Origin: Chrysomallon squamiferum
Lineage: Eukaryota; Animalia; Mollusca
Direction: 5' to 3'
DNA length: 64,000 nucleotides
Assembly: GCA_012295275.1 (NCBI GenBank)
Contig: CM022670.1
Coordinates: 26,102,001-26,166,000, forward strand
Below, piece after piece: positions 42,089 to 53,537 of the stretch (position 1 is its first letter; each line of letters starts with the position of its first letter). The notes below the pieces were generated by a model. The model was not told the origin of the DNA. It searched no databases and saw only the letters and a program-made list of their open reading frames with translations. The position numbers and the translations under genes are program-made.

Positions 42089-43112
42089 GATTGTTCAGAT
42101 TAGTCGCCTGTTTTTCAGTTTAACACACAGTGTGCTGTTACTTTTCACTTGATCAGTCATCTCAGTTAGCCAGCTGCCAGAAACACCAAGATTAACATTT
42201 TAAAACATAGGAAAACAATTATTTTAATATTTTATTAAAAACAGTTTAAAACTACAGGTTCTTATTTTATCAGTATTTCTATTGTAAACAGTTGCATATT
42301 TGATTTTATTTTTTTTAAATAATTTAAATTCTATTAATTTTAAATATAGTATGTTGTTTTATTCTTTTTCTTATTTTCTTTTAATTATTATTTTTTATTT
42401 CATGTTAATTTTTCTTTTTCCTTTTTCACTTAGATATGAGAGTTTGACATGAAATGAGTTTTATATTTCAGTATTATTACTTACAAACAGGGATTAAAGT
42501 TCCAGATTATTATCTGTTATTCAAACCTTTAATAAATGGGTTTTCATTTTAACAATACATTTTTTTTTTCACTGATATTTTTAAATAATGACTTATTTGT
42601 TCAAGCAGTAATATTATATCCGTTAAAATTGATATGTAAAAAATGGAAAACATTAAATGTCAAGTAAATTATTATTTGAAAATTTTCTTTTCACTATTAT
42701 TTGAAAAAAAAAATCTAAAACTTAATATTTTTTCTTACTGCAAATCCCTTATTGTAAGAATAGTCTGTGTGCATTTATACATGTATATAAAAACATACAC
42801 ATGTTGATAAAAAGACACAGCAAAAAAAAAAAAAAAAAAGAAATAATAATAATAAATAAATAAAAAATCAATCAAAAATAAAAACAACTTAAAAAAATTA
42901 AATTAAAAAATATTAAAATAATACAAATTTATATATATATATATCTGAAAACAGATTGCAAAAACAAATTGAAAACATCAATGTTATACAATTTGAAGAA
43001 AAATAAATTGTATTTCAGCAATGTATGTTACATTATGTACACAGTGGTGAATCTAAACTACACGTTCATATGTGTATGTAAGATTATATATATGCATTTG
43101 TATGTATATGTG

Positions 43113-43184
<72 letters not shown>

Positions 43185-44975
43185 CTATATGCATGTATAT
43201 AAAATTATATATGCATGTAAAATCTCATATACACACATATATGGAAGGTGATATACATGTATAAATGCATGTGTAGAGTCTAGTGAGTTTGTTTTCTCTC
43301 CCAGGTAAACATTTTAATTAGCATGCAAAGAATTCGACCAGCACAAATGGCGCCCACACCATCAGCACGCTATAGTTTAGAGTAGGAGGTACTACATATT
43401 TTTATTTGTTGTGCCAGCATATAGCAACAATTTAAAATAGCTGGGCTAATTAATAATGTCTAACATAGAATTAACTAGATTTATAATGCTTATTTATTCA
43501 TTTATTTATATAATATAGTTATTCTGCATGTTCACAGAATGAAGGGAGATAATTCATGATTGCTATTTTAATTTTAAAAATTGTATTATTTATTTATTTA
43601 TTAAAAATTAATTTGTTAATTTGTGTAACATATTTTTAAATTTAATATCAACATGATATATTTTAAAAAAAAACATTTATAATTAAAAAAAGATTTTTGA
43701 AAACAATTTATTACTTTTTTTATACTTAAAAATAATAACAGTTTATTAATTTAATTAAATTTATTCTTATAAATATTATCTTTGTAATATTAATTTTATA
43801 TTTTATTTAAGAATATTATTTTGCTTGAATATTAACTTGCATTTTATTACAATAATAAAAGATACTTGAATATTACATTAATAAAACAGATGTTTTAAAT
43901 ATGCAGGGAAATACTGTAACTGAGTATTTACATTGTTTAACTGAAAACTGATTTATAAAATTCAAAGTTAGCCTTTTTAATTTAATATTTTTGGTTTAAT
44001 ATGTAAATTAAAAGAAAATTTCTATAAGTTATGTTAAATTATTTAGTATTGTGTTTTGCATTTCTAAGGGTCATTTTTTTCAGAAGATATTAAAAATATA
44101 AATTTATTCCATTAACTATAATAAAGAGCCTCATATACTATAAAATGTAAAACATTTTTGGATATTTTATTACAATAATTAATTAAATCTTTGAAAAAAA
44201 ATCAATTTATTATGTAAAATATAATAAAGAATTCTGTAGATACAGAATATCCAAATTATTACACACTAAATAAATAAAACAAGTAAATAAAAAAAAAAAT
44301 AAAAAATAAAAAATAAAGAAAAAATTAAAAGATAAATAAATCAATTTAAACATAAAAATATATTTTATTTTATTAATATGAACATTAATATTATTTCAAA
44401 GATAATATTGATGATTTTTTTCATTAATATAAATATCTGTTATTTTTGCATGAATTATATTACACAAATTTCATCTTCAACAAGAAAAATGTAAGAACTG
44501 ATATATTCCTTATTTATTTATTTATTTTTAATTATCATGATTTAACAAATTATTTGAAAATGACTCTTAGAATAAGTAAGAGTAACATATGGTGACTGTA
44601 TATGAATTAATGTTTATTCTGTAAGATACTGTAATTGTTATGTGGTTGGTGGGTGCTGTTTGTGGTGGTGTGAGTACACTGGGCCACCTATTTCACAGAC
44701 AACTTATTTTTTATTTATTTATTTATTTTTTTTAAATAAAAACATTTAAATGTTGTACAGTGGATTTTATTAATTTGTTGATTATTCATTATCATTATTG
44801 ACTGTCGTAAAGCTAACAGTCTTGTTTTTCTTCGTATTTTTTAATAATTATAATTTATTTGCATGTTTGTTGTGGTCTTTTTTTATTTTACAATTTAATT
44901 GTTTATATAAAAAAAATAACAATACTAACACGTGTTTTTTCACTCACCACTAACAGCATGCAGGCCTACCAACTA

Positions 44976-45030
<55 letters not shown>

Positions 45031-45461
45031 ATAAATAATCTTTTCTGAACCACTTCCTTTCTTGTAGCTCCAGTTGGCCTGAAGTTATCTCCCTTGTTTT
45101 ACCAGCACATCACTAGCACTTGCCATAGATTAAAATGCAGCACTTTGGTGGAGGGGAAAATAAATTATTAAATAAATAACTATACAACATTTTATAATTT
45201 CTTTAAAAAACATAAAGTTTATTCTTTGAAAACTAATACATAAATTAATACATAAAATTTAATTTGCTGTTGTTGAAAATATATATAACATCGAATAATA
45301 CAATATAATATAATGAGATATATGGTATAATATAATATAATCAAATATTATAACATAACAATATAATATAATTTGTGGTTTATATATATATATTTATATC
45401 TGTTTTTCTATTATTTTTTGTAATTAACCCTATTATTATAAATATTAATTATTAGTTATTG

Positions 45462-45522
<61 letters not shown>

Positions 45523-47327
45523 CTAGTTATACATATTTTTCATAAATCCAATTTACATTTTTGCTCTGATAATGCTTAAGGAAACAAATACTTTCATAAA
45601 CATATGAAACAATACAAAATAACATGTTTTCATTGTGAAAGTTTCATCATTTACATATTAATCAAAATGTCAATGCGAATTGCTTTATTTACACAGTATA
45701 GGAACTGTTTGTTTTTTGCAATCCAAACCTTAATTTGTGGATACACCCATTTTACATTACATCCTTTATCCCATCTGTGTAATCCACTGTTTTGTAAAGT
45801 TCCCTCCCTGTATTAACTGTACAATATCTCTCATTTTTGTAATTTTAGCAATGGCATATTAAGCATTTTTTTGATGGTGATAAAGAGTTATGGTACATTT
45901 TAATATTTATTGTTCTTCTCTTAACAACAACTAAATCAATATAAAAAGAATATATATATATATAAATGTAAATGATAAAATAAAAATAATTAATTTTAAA
46001 TGTCTTAAACGTAAGAAAAAGAAAAATGAAAAATGAAAAATATAAACAGTGTATAATTCTCAGGAAGAACATTTCAGAAAGAGAAATATTTTGGAAATAA
46101 AAGTCTGTTTGATTTATATATTTGGAGATTTTGTTTTGGTTAAGGTTTGAGGTGGAATCTTTGTGAAACAAAATGTTTAATGCTTTGAAATGTTTTCTTA
46201 TCCATAAATAATCTGTTCATTAAAAATAAAAAATAATAAAATAAAATCTTCACCAAAACTAGCAAAACAAAACAAACAATTGTCTCTAAATGCCAGCTAA
46301 CAAAAATTGTTTTCACTGCAAATAAGTATTTAGTGTGAACCTTTTAATATGTTACTCTAATAAAAATATTTTTAAAATCCAAGCATTATCAGATAACAAA
46401 ATGTGCTAAAAATGAATATTTTGTATTAAGTTTATAAGTTTGTGTTAATTAATTATTAATGAAAGAAAAGATAATTAAATGAAATTAAGATCTAAATATG
46501 TTTAGCTGTATAATGAATTAATTTAATGTACAGTAAAAGAAACAGATATACCATTAATTAAAAGAAGTTGTTATTACGTTTGAAAAATATATTTTGAGCA
46601 TGCTATTTTTATATTTATTATATTCAAAAACAATTCTATATATTACAGCATTAAAATTAAGGAAATTACTTTTGATTTATTTTGAACATATTATTTTTTA
46701 TACTTAAGGTGCAAATTGTAAAAAATAATGTCATAAATTTAGTTAAAATACAAAAAAAAAAAAAAAAGTTTGAAAGTTTTAATTATTTTGACAGAAATAC
46801 TTAAGTTAGAAAAAAAAAGTAATTAAAAACACATAATCATAAATATCATACTTAATAAAAATAAAATAAAATAATAAATAAAGATTTTTGAAAAGGTCCA
46901 CCTGCCAAAATGTTGCATTTTATTGTTTGAAAACCTGCCACAATCTGTTTGACAACGTTTGAAACTAATAATGATTTGCTTTTGTGTGGCAAGTTTATTT
47001 TAAAAATCCCTCAGAAAAAGTAACAGTCCCAATTATTTCTTTTCAAACTGACAACCCTTGAATTGCAGCTTCGCAAGCAGGCCGACTCAGAGCTGCGAGC
47101 TGCGAGAGCGGAACTGGTTCAGAGCAAGATCCAACTTCGAGGCGTGTCATTTAGCCACCGTTATTAATTTACAGTTACGCAACCAGGCCGAGGCAGAGTT
47201 ACGGGCCCTGCGTGCCGAACTCACCCAGAAGAAAATCACGTTGAGTCTGGCGAGAAGTCAACACTTAGCAGCTTTGAATCCTGCCATAGAGCCGATGTCC
47301 CAGCCACCCATGACTGGTCGAGCCTGA
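10291..47327 (+). CDS. SPATA1: SPATA1-like spermatogenesis-associated protein 1, 13 coding exons: join(10291..10353,11204..11310,12600..12714,19344..19397,28063..28297,29490..29525,33350..34085,38162..38507,38956..39055,39408..39533,40082..40257,40804..40902,47175..47327), 781 aa
   Basis: Spliced translation gives LVDLHVYVVPVDIWRERFN...TISLGIIRVPPEMRLTDVREEI...DYVFLRSCGRSLTRLKSKQEYQLKVKHCLPPVAYAPELFLL, matching the recalled SPATA1 N-terminus (LVELHVFYVP...ISAGFLRV...FLFLKC...KQESELKLK...PELYLL). The C-terminus EREELVKKAK...RDIWKKKYFEEKKKT...AKMKLTAEMKLRNQAEAELRALRAEL matches the SPATA1_C coiled coil. All introns are GT..AG, phases are compatible and the total of 2346 nt is divisible by 3. Confidence 0.92.
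11204..11310 (+). CDS. SPATA1: SPATA1 exon (LVDLHVYVVPVDIWRERFNNLLNQSVTETISLGII-R)
   Basis: tttgcatttcag| acceptor and AG|gtatac donor (phase 2); conserved LVxLHVxxVP motif. Confidence 0.95.
11283..11635 (+). repeat. Tandem duplication of an exon end plus 5' splice site (about 100-113 bp unit, 3-4 copies)
   Basis: accatttctcttggaatcatcag|gtatacat..ataacaata recurs, with donors after 11310, 11422 and 11615. Confidence 0.9.
11845..11965 (+). mobile_element. SINE 5' fragment, same family
   Basis: ataggatcaatt...gggctgttttacattccagccagtgc...atcaaagg. Confidence 0.5.
12600..12714 (+). CDS. SPATA1: SPATA1 exon (VPPEMRLTDVREEIVQQLEGVAPPDYVFLRSCGRSLTR)
   Basis: ttttacttcag| acceptor and AGG|gtaagt donor; phase 2 in, 0 out. 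Confidence 0.95.
17262..17538. repeat. Long inverted repeat (arms about 90 bp) flanking a CA/TA microsatellite loop
   Basis: aagatttaatcttaataacaggataatt (left arm) is the reverse complement of aattatcctgttattaagattaaatctt (right arm); pairing extends across 17262-17352 and 17447-17538. Confidence 0.92.
18415..18520 (-). mobile_element. SINE fragment, same family
   Basis: tggggcactggctgaaaagggtaaacagtcca is the reverse complement of the gggctgttt..ttccagccagtgc block at 11905. Confidence 0.45.
19344..19397 (+). CDS. SPATA1: SPATA1 exon (LKSKQEYQLKVKHCLPPV)
   Basis: tctctttatacag| acceptor and GTG|gtaagt donor; 54 nt, phase 0-0; KQExxLK motif. Confidence 0.92.
21352..21530 (-). mobile_element. 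SINE 3' fragment, same family
   Basis: gaatgtgtttaatgatgcctcag...gattagcagtaagggatgtgttaaatatacc...acagg. Confidence 0.45.
22227..22385. mobile_element. Old MITE-like element with imperfect TIRs and a possible 8-bp TSD (hAT-like)
   Basis: Ends caggcccatctta / tgagatggctctg; flanks tttcagac / atttagac match at 6 of 8 positions. Confidence 0.45.
22453..22592 (+). mobile_element. SINE fragment, same family
   Basis: attgggtttttcccattccagtca...tgtctgtgagaagttgcttata. Confidence 0.45.
24700..24990. repeat. Degenerate tandem repeat, about 35-bp unit (acaatatgtctg...tcaaaaactgttt)
   Basis: Motif recurs about 7 times. Confidence 0.6.
25867..25901 (+). promoter_or_regulatory. Forkhead site (TGTTTAC) adjacent to a full X-box (ATCTCCATGGTGAC) in a SPATA1 intron
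   Basis: The 14-mer at 25888-25901 fits RTHNYY-WT-RRNRAC; TGTTTAC at 25867-25873. Confidence 0.4.
26390..26695 (-). mobile_element. Decayed near-full-length SINE-like dispersed repeat (resembles molluscan tRNA-derived Nin/Deu-domain SINEs)
   Basis: The reverse strand reads aaaggctgtaat...tcctgcctatggaaatgtgtgtataaaagatccct, matching the recalled core (aaaggccgtggtatg..atcctgtctgtgggatggtgcatataaaagatccctt) and other copies in this window. Confidence 0.6.
28063..28297 (+). CDS. SPATA1: SPATA1 exon (AYAPELFLLDSS...RDNYDRYGQS-)
   Basis: tatttttcgtag| acceptor and G|gtaatt donor (phase 1); PELFLL closes the conserved N-terminal domain. Confidence 0.92.
29490..29525 (+). CDS. SPATA1: SPATA1 36-nt symmetric micro-exon (DKWRSRSRRPKY-G)
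   Basis: ctgac branch-like motif, tttttatag| acceptor, strong G|gtgagt donor; phase 1-1 and open in the required frame. Confidence 0.7.
30660..31275. repeat. Degenerate tandem repeat, about 31-bp unit (tttcctttcataggctttcttgcaaaaagttta)
   Basis: Motif recurs throughout the interval. Confidence 0.7.
33350..34085 (+). CDS. SPATA1: SPATA1 large low-complexity exon (EPDHQRIQ...NEDSGIAELSPDD...NEENE-R)
   Basis: ttctctcatag| acceptor, 736 nt open in the frame starting at 33352, AG|gtatgt donor; a GC-rich island in AT-rich intron. Confidence 0.9.
38162..38507 (+). CDS. SPATA1: SPATA1 R/D/E-rich exon (RRRDLQNRLN...RTASDD)
   Basis: ctccattttgcag| acceptor and GAT|gtaagc donor; phase 2 in, 0 out. 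Confidence 0.9.
38520..38765. repeat. About 35-bp AT-rich tandem repeat at an intron start (atattaattattataataataattaagaaattctt)
   Basis: 6-7 degenerate copies. Confidence 0.75.
38956..39055 (+). CDS. SPATA1: SPATA1 exon (ELARYPSPPELRMQSPLQTERLTGSARQRKKEE-K)
   Basis: tttactgtag| acceptor and A|gtaagt donor; phase 0 in, 1 out. Confidence 0.88.
39408..39533 (+). CDS. SPATA1: SPATA1 coiled-coil exon (ERLMKELEEAKESRKHTEKEREELVKKAKQLQNKTQNRRNH-A)
   Basis: tgtgtag| acceptor (weak pyrimidine tract) and G|gtgagt donor; start of the SPATA1_C motif. Confidence 0.9.
40082..40257 (+). CDS. SPATA1: SPATA1 exon (RDIWKKKYFEEKKKTPPLEEQ...DTKPSLK)
   Basis: ttgttatttcag| acceptor and AAA|gtaaat donor; WKKKYFE signature. 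Confidence 0.93.
40804..40902 (+). CDS. SPATA1: SPATA1 exon (NNYVIQCTRLQHEIEDLRRRVENAKMKLTAEMK)
   Basis: ttttgtttgcag| acceptor and AAG|gtaagt donor; phase 0-0. Confidence 0.93.
47069..47167 (+). CDS. SPATA1: SPATA1 alternative terminal exon A (LRKQADSELRAARAELVQSKIQLRGVSFSHRY*)
   Basis: ctgac branch motif near 47048 and ttgaattgcag| acceptor; phase 0 translation is clearly paralogous to terminal exon B; not shown in the ORF track. Confidence 0.8.
   Translation, partial: LRKQADSELRAARAELVQSKIQLRGVSFSHRY
47175..47327 (+). CDS. SPATA1: SPATA1 terminal exon B (LRNQAEAELRALRAELTQKKITLSLARSQ...MTGRA*)
   Basis: ttaatttacag| acceptor, phase 0, TGA at 47325-47327; completes the SPATA1_C coiled coil. 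Confidence 0.9.
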   Translation, partial: LRNQAEAELRALRAELTQKKITLSLARSQHLAALNPAIEPMSQPPMTGRA

Positions 47328-48579
47328 CATTTGTCTGCTGAAAATAAAAAAAAAAAAAATAAATAACAATAACAGTAATACAAACCTTATATTTGTTAAT
47401 GTAAATTATTGTGAAATGTTAGTGAGACTGTTAATGTTCACATATTTAGCGAGGTTATGATGAGGTTATTTATTTAATATTATGTTTTATATTGTTACAT
47501 AGAATATCACTTGTTATCATCATTGCTTAGCTATCTCCTTTCCACTTCAAAATATTTCATGTACTGGTATATTCAGGCCTGCAGAATTCTAAAATATACT
47601 TAAATTCATTATATGTTATGGATAAAATATGTCTTTAATTTCTTATTCTTATTACATTAATTTTTAAGATTACATACACACAAACACACATATTATTTTT
47701 ATTTAATTTATAGTGCCATATTAAACCAAATGCTATCTTGATAAATATTGTGTGTCACTTTGTTTAAATTACTTTTGATTGACTTTTCATACACACTTTC
47801 AGAGAAACAAACAGACATATACACATACTATTAATGACTAACACTAACAAATGCATACATATACAAACAGAGAAACTTTGATACATTTTTAAAATTTGTT
47901 ATTTTGAATTTTCATAAGACAAGAGAAAACTAATAAAAAATAAATACCTCCCTACACCATATCATACTCACAAATTTTATTTTTCATATTTTTATCATGG
48001 TGTGCTTATTGCATCATAGGTTGGACAGATTTTGTTTTTCCCCACTCCCAAAATATACACAGACACACCCATGTCCACCAGCCCACTCACAAACAGACAT
48101 ACACACACTCAAAAGTCCAACTATTGATTCCATTACATAATCATTCTTTTCTCTGATCACTGAGAATAATTTACTTTAATCCTGAATGCTGTCTAAGTAT
48201 TATTATCTAACAAACTATTGTTAATTTATTTTTTAATTTGAATTGTGAGAATGAATGTGTGTTATAATGCACTTATATGTAATTTAAATTTTTCACTGGC
48301 AGCGCAATTTTAAATTTACTTTAATTAAAGATTTGAATGGAAGGCAATAATTTTTTTTTTTCTTTGTGTATATATATTTAACTTTATTTCTTGTGTATAT
48401 GTGTATCTTTTAATGTCTCTGTTGATTTATATTAATTTTAATAATCTTTAATAACAAACTGTTTAACCAGAAATCTGAAGATTTTTTATTATGTGATCTA
48501 TCTCTTGTATGTATTAAGTAAAATTCTGCTGTGTTATATAAACAAGATATATTTTTTCTTATCATATCAATTATGACTT

Positions 48580-49035
48580 CTTTCATATCACAACTCTGAT
48601 AATTTATAATTCATACCATTGCAGTGATAATATTTCTTGTCTTTGGTTTTGATTAAGCATGATTGTGATATTCGTTTATCTTGGCTGCGACTTAATCTCC
48701 ATTTTTATCATTACAAAAATAACTTATCATGGTTGTGATAATGCTTTAAAAATCATAGCCATGATAATCATAAATATGATAATACTTTATCATCACAGCT
48801 GTATCTTTTTATCTTATAATTTCTTATCATAAGTATGATTATGTTTTATTGTCATAGCTAAATATATATATTTTTATCATAAATAATAAAAAATCTTATC
48901 ATCATAGCTGTGATATCTTTTTTATTATTATGATATATTTTTTTTTTAATCATAAATATGATAAAATTTTATCATGGCTTTGACAACTTTTCTCATCATG
49001 GGTATGATATGATTTTCTTATCTTGGTACTGATAT
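48580..49035. repeat. Array of short palindromes TATCAT-N4-RTGATA, about 25-bp period, downstream of the SPATA1 stop
   Basis: Examples: tatcat-ggtt-gtgata 48725, atcat-agcc-atgat 48752, atcat-aaat-atgat 48767, tatcat-aagt-atgat 48825, atcat-agct-gtgat 48901, atcat-gggt-atgat 48995. Confidence 0.8.
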
Positions 49036-52000
49036 TGGATATTTTTTGTGTTAATATTTTTATCACCATGGTTGGAGGTGGACCTACTGCTTGGATGCTG
49101 ACATTTTGTGCCTTTTTCAATGAAAATGTTTGAAAAAAAAAAAAATCAAGCTTTTTATTTTCTATTACCCGTAATGAAAATGTTTAAAAAACAAATACAG
49201 AAGACTTTTTAAAATGTTTATTTCATGGCACACTGTACATAACAATGATTCTGAATTCAGTTTTGATCATTCTAATAATAATATTTATTTAAAACATCAC
49301 AAAACAAAATAACAATAGATAAGGCAAAGACACATGATTCAGATATCAATAATATATTATGAATAAAGGTTTCATTTCATTTAGTTTACTGTGGCCAAAG
49401 TATGTTTTTGTAAATAGGTTAAAAACAATGAAAAAAACAAAGTGTATGATACATGTAATAAATTATCTATTTTGTTTTGTAAATTAAATAAATTAAATAA
49501 AATAAAAATAAAAACAAAAACAAATAATATATAATTTTTAAAAATACTGTATAAATAAATATATAAGTGATACATAAATTAATTTTCTTTTAAAATGAAT
49601 AATAAATATAAATCAACCATTTCAGTTTAGTTTTTATTTTATTCAAAATTTAAAAAAAATATTTCTTTTAAAAGTGCTAGTCAATGTTACAAACACATCT
49701 CATTTCTTCTTAATGTAATTTATATTTATAATAAAAATATATATATTTTTAACTTTTTCATGCTTATAGATATATGTATAGAAAAACTGCTGAAAATTAT
49801 AAATAGGAAACACTGAGTTTTAAAATGTAAAATGTGTGTAAAAAAGGAAAAGAAAAGAATTATTTTTAATGCACTTTTTAAATGTAGCACTAAACAGTTT
49901 AATGTTTTTTTACAACATTAAACACAAAAGGTGATAACTGCTGAAAAACATATTACAAAGTGTTGTGGAATATTTTTAATATGTAATACATTAGAATAAA
50001 ATTAAAATACTGAAAGTAATTATTTAAAATATTGCATTCTGGAATAAAATTAATACATTTTCAAATAAAGTTAAATTATCTGTTGAATATAATTAATTAA
50101 CATGAAACACACAGGAACAAAATCAATACATTACGTATTGGAATAAAGTCAATGTATTAAGTTTCAAATGAAGTTAAATTATGCATTGAAATATAATTAC
50201 TGAACATCTTGCACACTGGAATAAAGTTTTTGGATTGTCATACTGAATACACCAAACGAAAATAAAGTTATTACATATTAAATAAATAATGAGTTACATA
50301 ATGAAATATAATTAATGTATTACATATTAAAATATAATCAATGTGTTACATATCAAAATATAATTAATGTATTAATGTGTCACATATCTCACTAATGTAA
50401 TATTACACATTTATATTTTGTTTGTCAGCACTGTCTGTGAATTGGATATTTTAACTTTATGTTTTCTGTTTTCTGTGATAGCTACATGTAATTGTGGGTC
50501 ATTCACTCAGTGCTTTAGAGATCAAAGAATATCTGTGATATGTAAATATTGTATCTGTTGTATTTATTTATCTGTGGTAGAGGTTGGATGGCATTTGACA
50601 CTTCTGTAAAATGTGAACTGTCTCGCTTGTGAGTTTTTAATCTTTTCTTTTCGTTAATAAAATAATAAAAATTAACACAACACATGTTTGAAATACATTC
50701 CATTTATGTTTGATGTTACAAGAACCTGTATTAAAAGTTTTTCATTTATATACATAATAAAAGCATATAATTGCGAAGTATTACTGTGACATGAAACAAT
50801 ATATAAATGTAAACTTATTAAATTTATAAAATATTGTTTATGTCTGTCCATGAAACTACATTTTTATACACACATACGTGATTAATAAAAGAATATACAT
50901 ATATTGCATTTCTGTATTTCTGACATTAAACAGTATATAAATGTGAAGTATTAATACTTTATCAAAATATAAAACTAAATATAAAATAAAAACATATTTG
51001 AGTAACAAAATTAAATGTATTACTAGGATATTAAACAGTGTCCATATGTGAGTTATTAAATTTATAAAATATTGTTTATGAAAACAAACATATATCTGAC
51101 ATACTGGGAATAAGTAAGAAAAGAAATAGAAATAAAGAAATTAATAAAAAAATATAGAAGGGATCTTATACCAGCATTTAGATGTTTGCCAGTTTTGAAA
51201 GTTTTACTACAAATAAAATGTGTAACATTTAAGAAATATTGTACAAAGGAAGTAAATAAAGGAAGAAAGAAAAAGTTGATACACATTAAGTAAATAACTG
51301 AAATAGCAAACAAACAAACAATCAAACAAAACACACTTAAATAAATAAACAGAAATACAAACAAGCATAAATAAATAAATAAATAAATATTTATTATTTG
51401 ATTTATTTGAAATATTGTCTACACAAATGTGGTATTTAACATTGCTGAACCCTATGTTTTTGTTTCTGTGCCTTTTCTATCTTAAATATAAAGTACAAAA
51501 TAACTGTTCATAAAAAAAAAAGTGAACCAAAAAAATCTTATAAACATAATGCATATATATAGTAAGTTGTACAAATCTTGCAAAAAGTTTAAAATTTGGT
51601 GTAATTTGCATGCTTGGATCAGTTGTCATTCCAAATAATTATAACTTTATCACTTGAGTCCTTTAAATCTGGATTCAGCATTCCTTAAAATCCTGATGTA
51701 CCAAATTCCTTACTTTCTTCCCATCTTGGCCAAAATTACTCCCAATATTAAATCAAATAATATACAATCAACTGAAAAGTTTAAATTTTTCACTCTATGT
51801 TAACTACCATTTGAGTACCATATCTCTATTTTTATATAACATTTTTAACACTGTAATGTTATGTGGAAGGAATCAGTAGGTCACAGAAAAGGTTATAAAG
51901 TCAAAATTAATTAATACAAGTCAAAGAAAATGTCTTCTTAGTTTCTTGATTAAAATCTGAAAAGAACAAATTGTTTTTCCTTTCATTATGTAGATTCTCA

Positions 52001-52901
52001 GCCTAAAAATTATAGTGGTTATTATTCTTATTATGTTCTTGTATTTTACACTGTATTCAGAATATTAAAAAAAAGAGGTATTATAAAATGTATTATTAAA
52101 ATTTCCAGTATTAAATCATCAGGTCTCTTGAGTATTAACAATTCTATATTTTTAGTATTAAATTTTAGTATTTCAGTTATTTTTCGGGGAATTATTTTTC
52201 TATTACTTCTGAGAAGAAACATATATAAGCTGAAAATAATTATATATAGTTGTTATGTTTTTATACAGAATATTGTTTAAAATAACATTTGATGAATTTT
52301 ACTTTCTGACAGAATAAAGTTTTTTAATTTTAAAATCTTTACTTTATTTTATTTATTTATTTTAATTTTTTAAATATTTGAAAAATAAAAATTAAATTTG
52401 AAAATTTTAAGATATTATTAAAATGAAAAATAATTGTAACATTTCAAAAATTTACTGTAATAATAATAATAATAATAATAATAACAACATTTAAAAAACA
52501 TTAATTTTGATAATAATAAAAACATCATTTTGAAAAAACATTTTTTGATAGTATTGGTTTTTTATTTTAAAATTTCATTAAATCATATATATATCTATAG
52601 TTGTAATAATCATACTACTGTTTCTAAAGCAATGATAAATTTGAATGATAACTAGAACAGAAACACAAAAATGATTTTGCTGTGTTTTCAGTGGTACTGA
52701 AACTGAAGACTGGATGTTTTCTGTTTTGTTTTCTGTCACGTCTGTAATAAATAAAACTGATTTGTTTTTCTTTCACATCTGTGTTTTGTTGTGTCATCTG
52801 TTGTGACAAAGATACTCTAACATGATTTGAATAATGTTTCAAACTGATTACTACTACTGACAACTCAAACATATTTTATTGATAAACCTGCATATAAAAC
52901 A

Positions 52902-53172
52902 CATGGCCGTAACTACACTGAGGCAAATGAGGCAAATGGCTCATACCGAAATTGACGATGCTTTTTTTTTTTTTTTTTTTTTTTTTTATTCATACAAAAA
53001 TTTTATTTAAAAAATAAAAACTATAAATTGCTAGAATTGAGGATTTTGCGTGTTTCAAGCTTCTGGGGGCCTTGGGCGGCTATCAGACACCCCGCCCAAA
53101 TTGTTTTACCCCGCTCCGCTCGACGATTGAGTATTTTTGTCTCATTTCAAAAACAGTCTAGTTACGACCATG
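52902..53172. mobile_element. MITE-like non-autonomous DNA transposon with 14-bp TIRs
   Basis: catggccgtaacta ... tagttacgaccatg (1 mismatch); subterminal tgaggcaaa twice, mirrored by tttgtctca; no clear TSD. Confidence 0.7.
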
Positions 53173-53537
53173 AAATGATATTTTCTTTTCTTTTTATTTA
53201 TTTATTTAGATTTCATTTAGTAATGCCTCAAATCTTTCTTCTTCAAATTTCAGCGGAACATGTAAGTCTGTTATTATAATAATGAGATGTATGATGTGTC
53301 AGTGTTCATGTTGATGAACCAAGTTTTTATCTAATGTCCGTAATAAAAAAAAAAAAACGCTGTTACAACAACAACAACAACAACAACAACACACACACAC
53401 ACACACACTTATATAAACGATACTGATAATGCATAAATAAAACGTTACCGTATTTACCCGAGTACAAATGATATCTAAGTGTTGCCTTGAAAAGTGGCAA
53501 AAAAATAATTTATTGAAATATAATTATTTGGAACATA

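Noticed and set aside
47058-47174. N-terminal part of track ORF 47058..47327 (MNCSFASRPTQ...)
   Set aside because: Out-of-frame read of terminal exon A; real coding in that frame begins at the acceptor 47175
47325-47345. TGA-C stop readthrough or selenocysteine context
   Set aside because: Downstream codons run into poly-A low complexity, and no SECIS-like structure was seen
48580-49035. CRISPR-like palindromic repeat array
   Set aside because: Repeats are about 16 bp and degenerate, spacers about 10 bp and AT-only, no cas genes, and the context is a eukaryotic intron-containing locus
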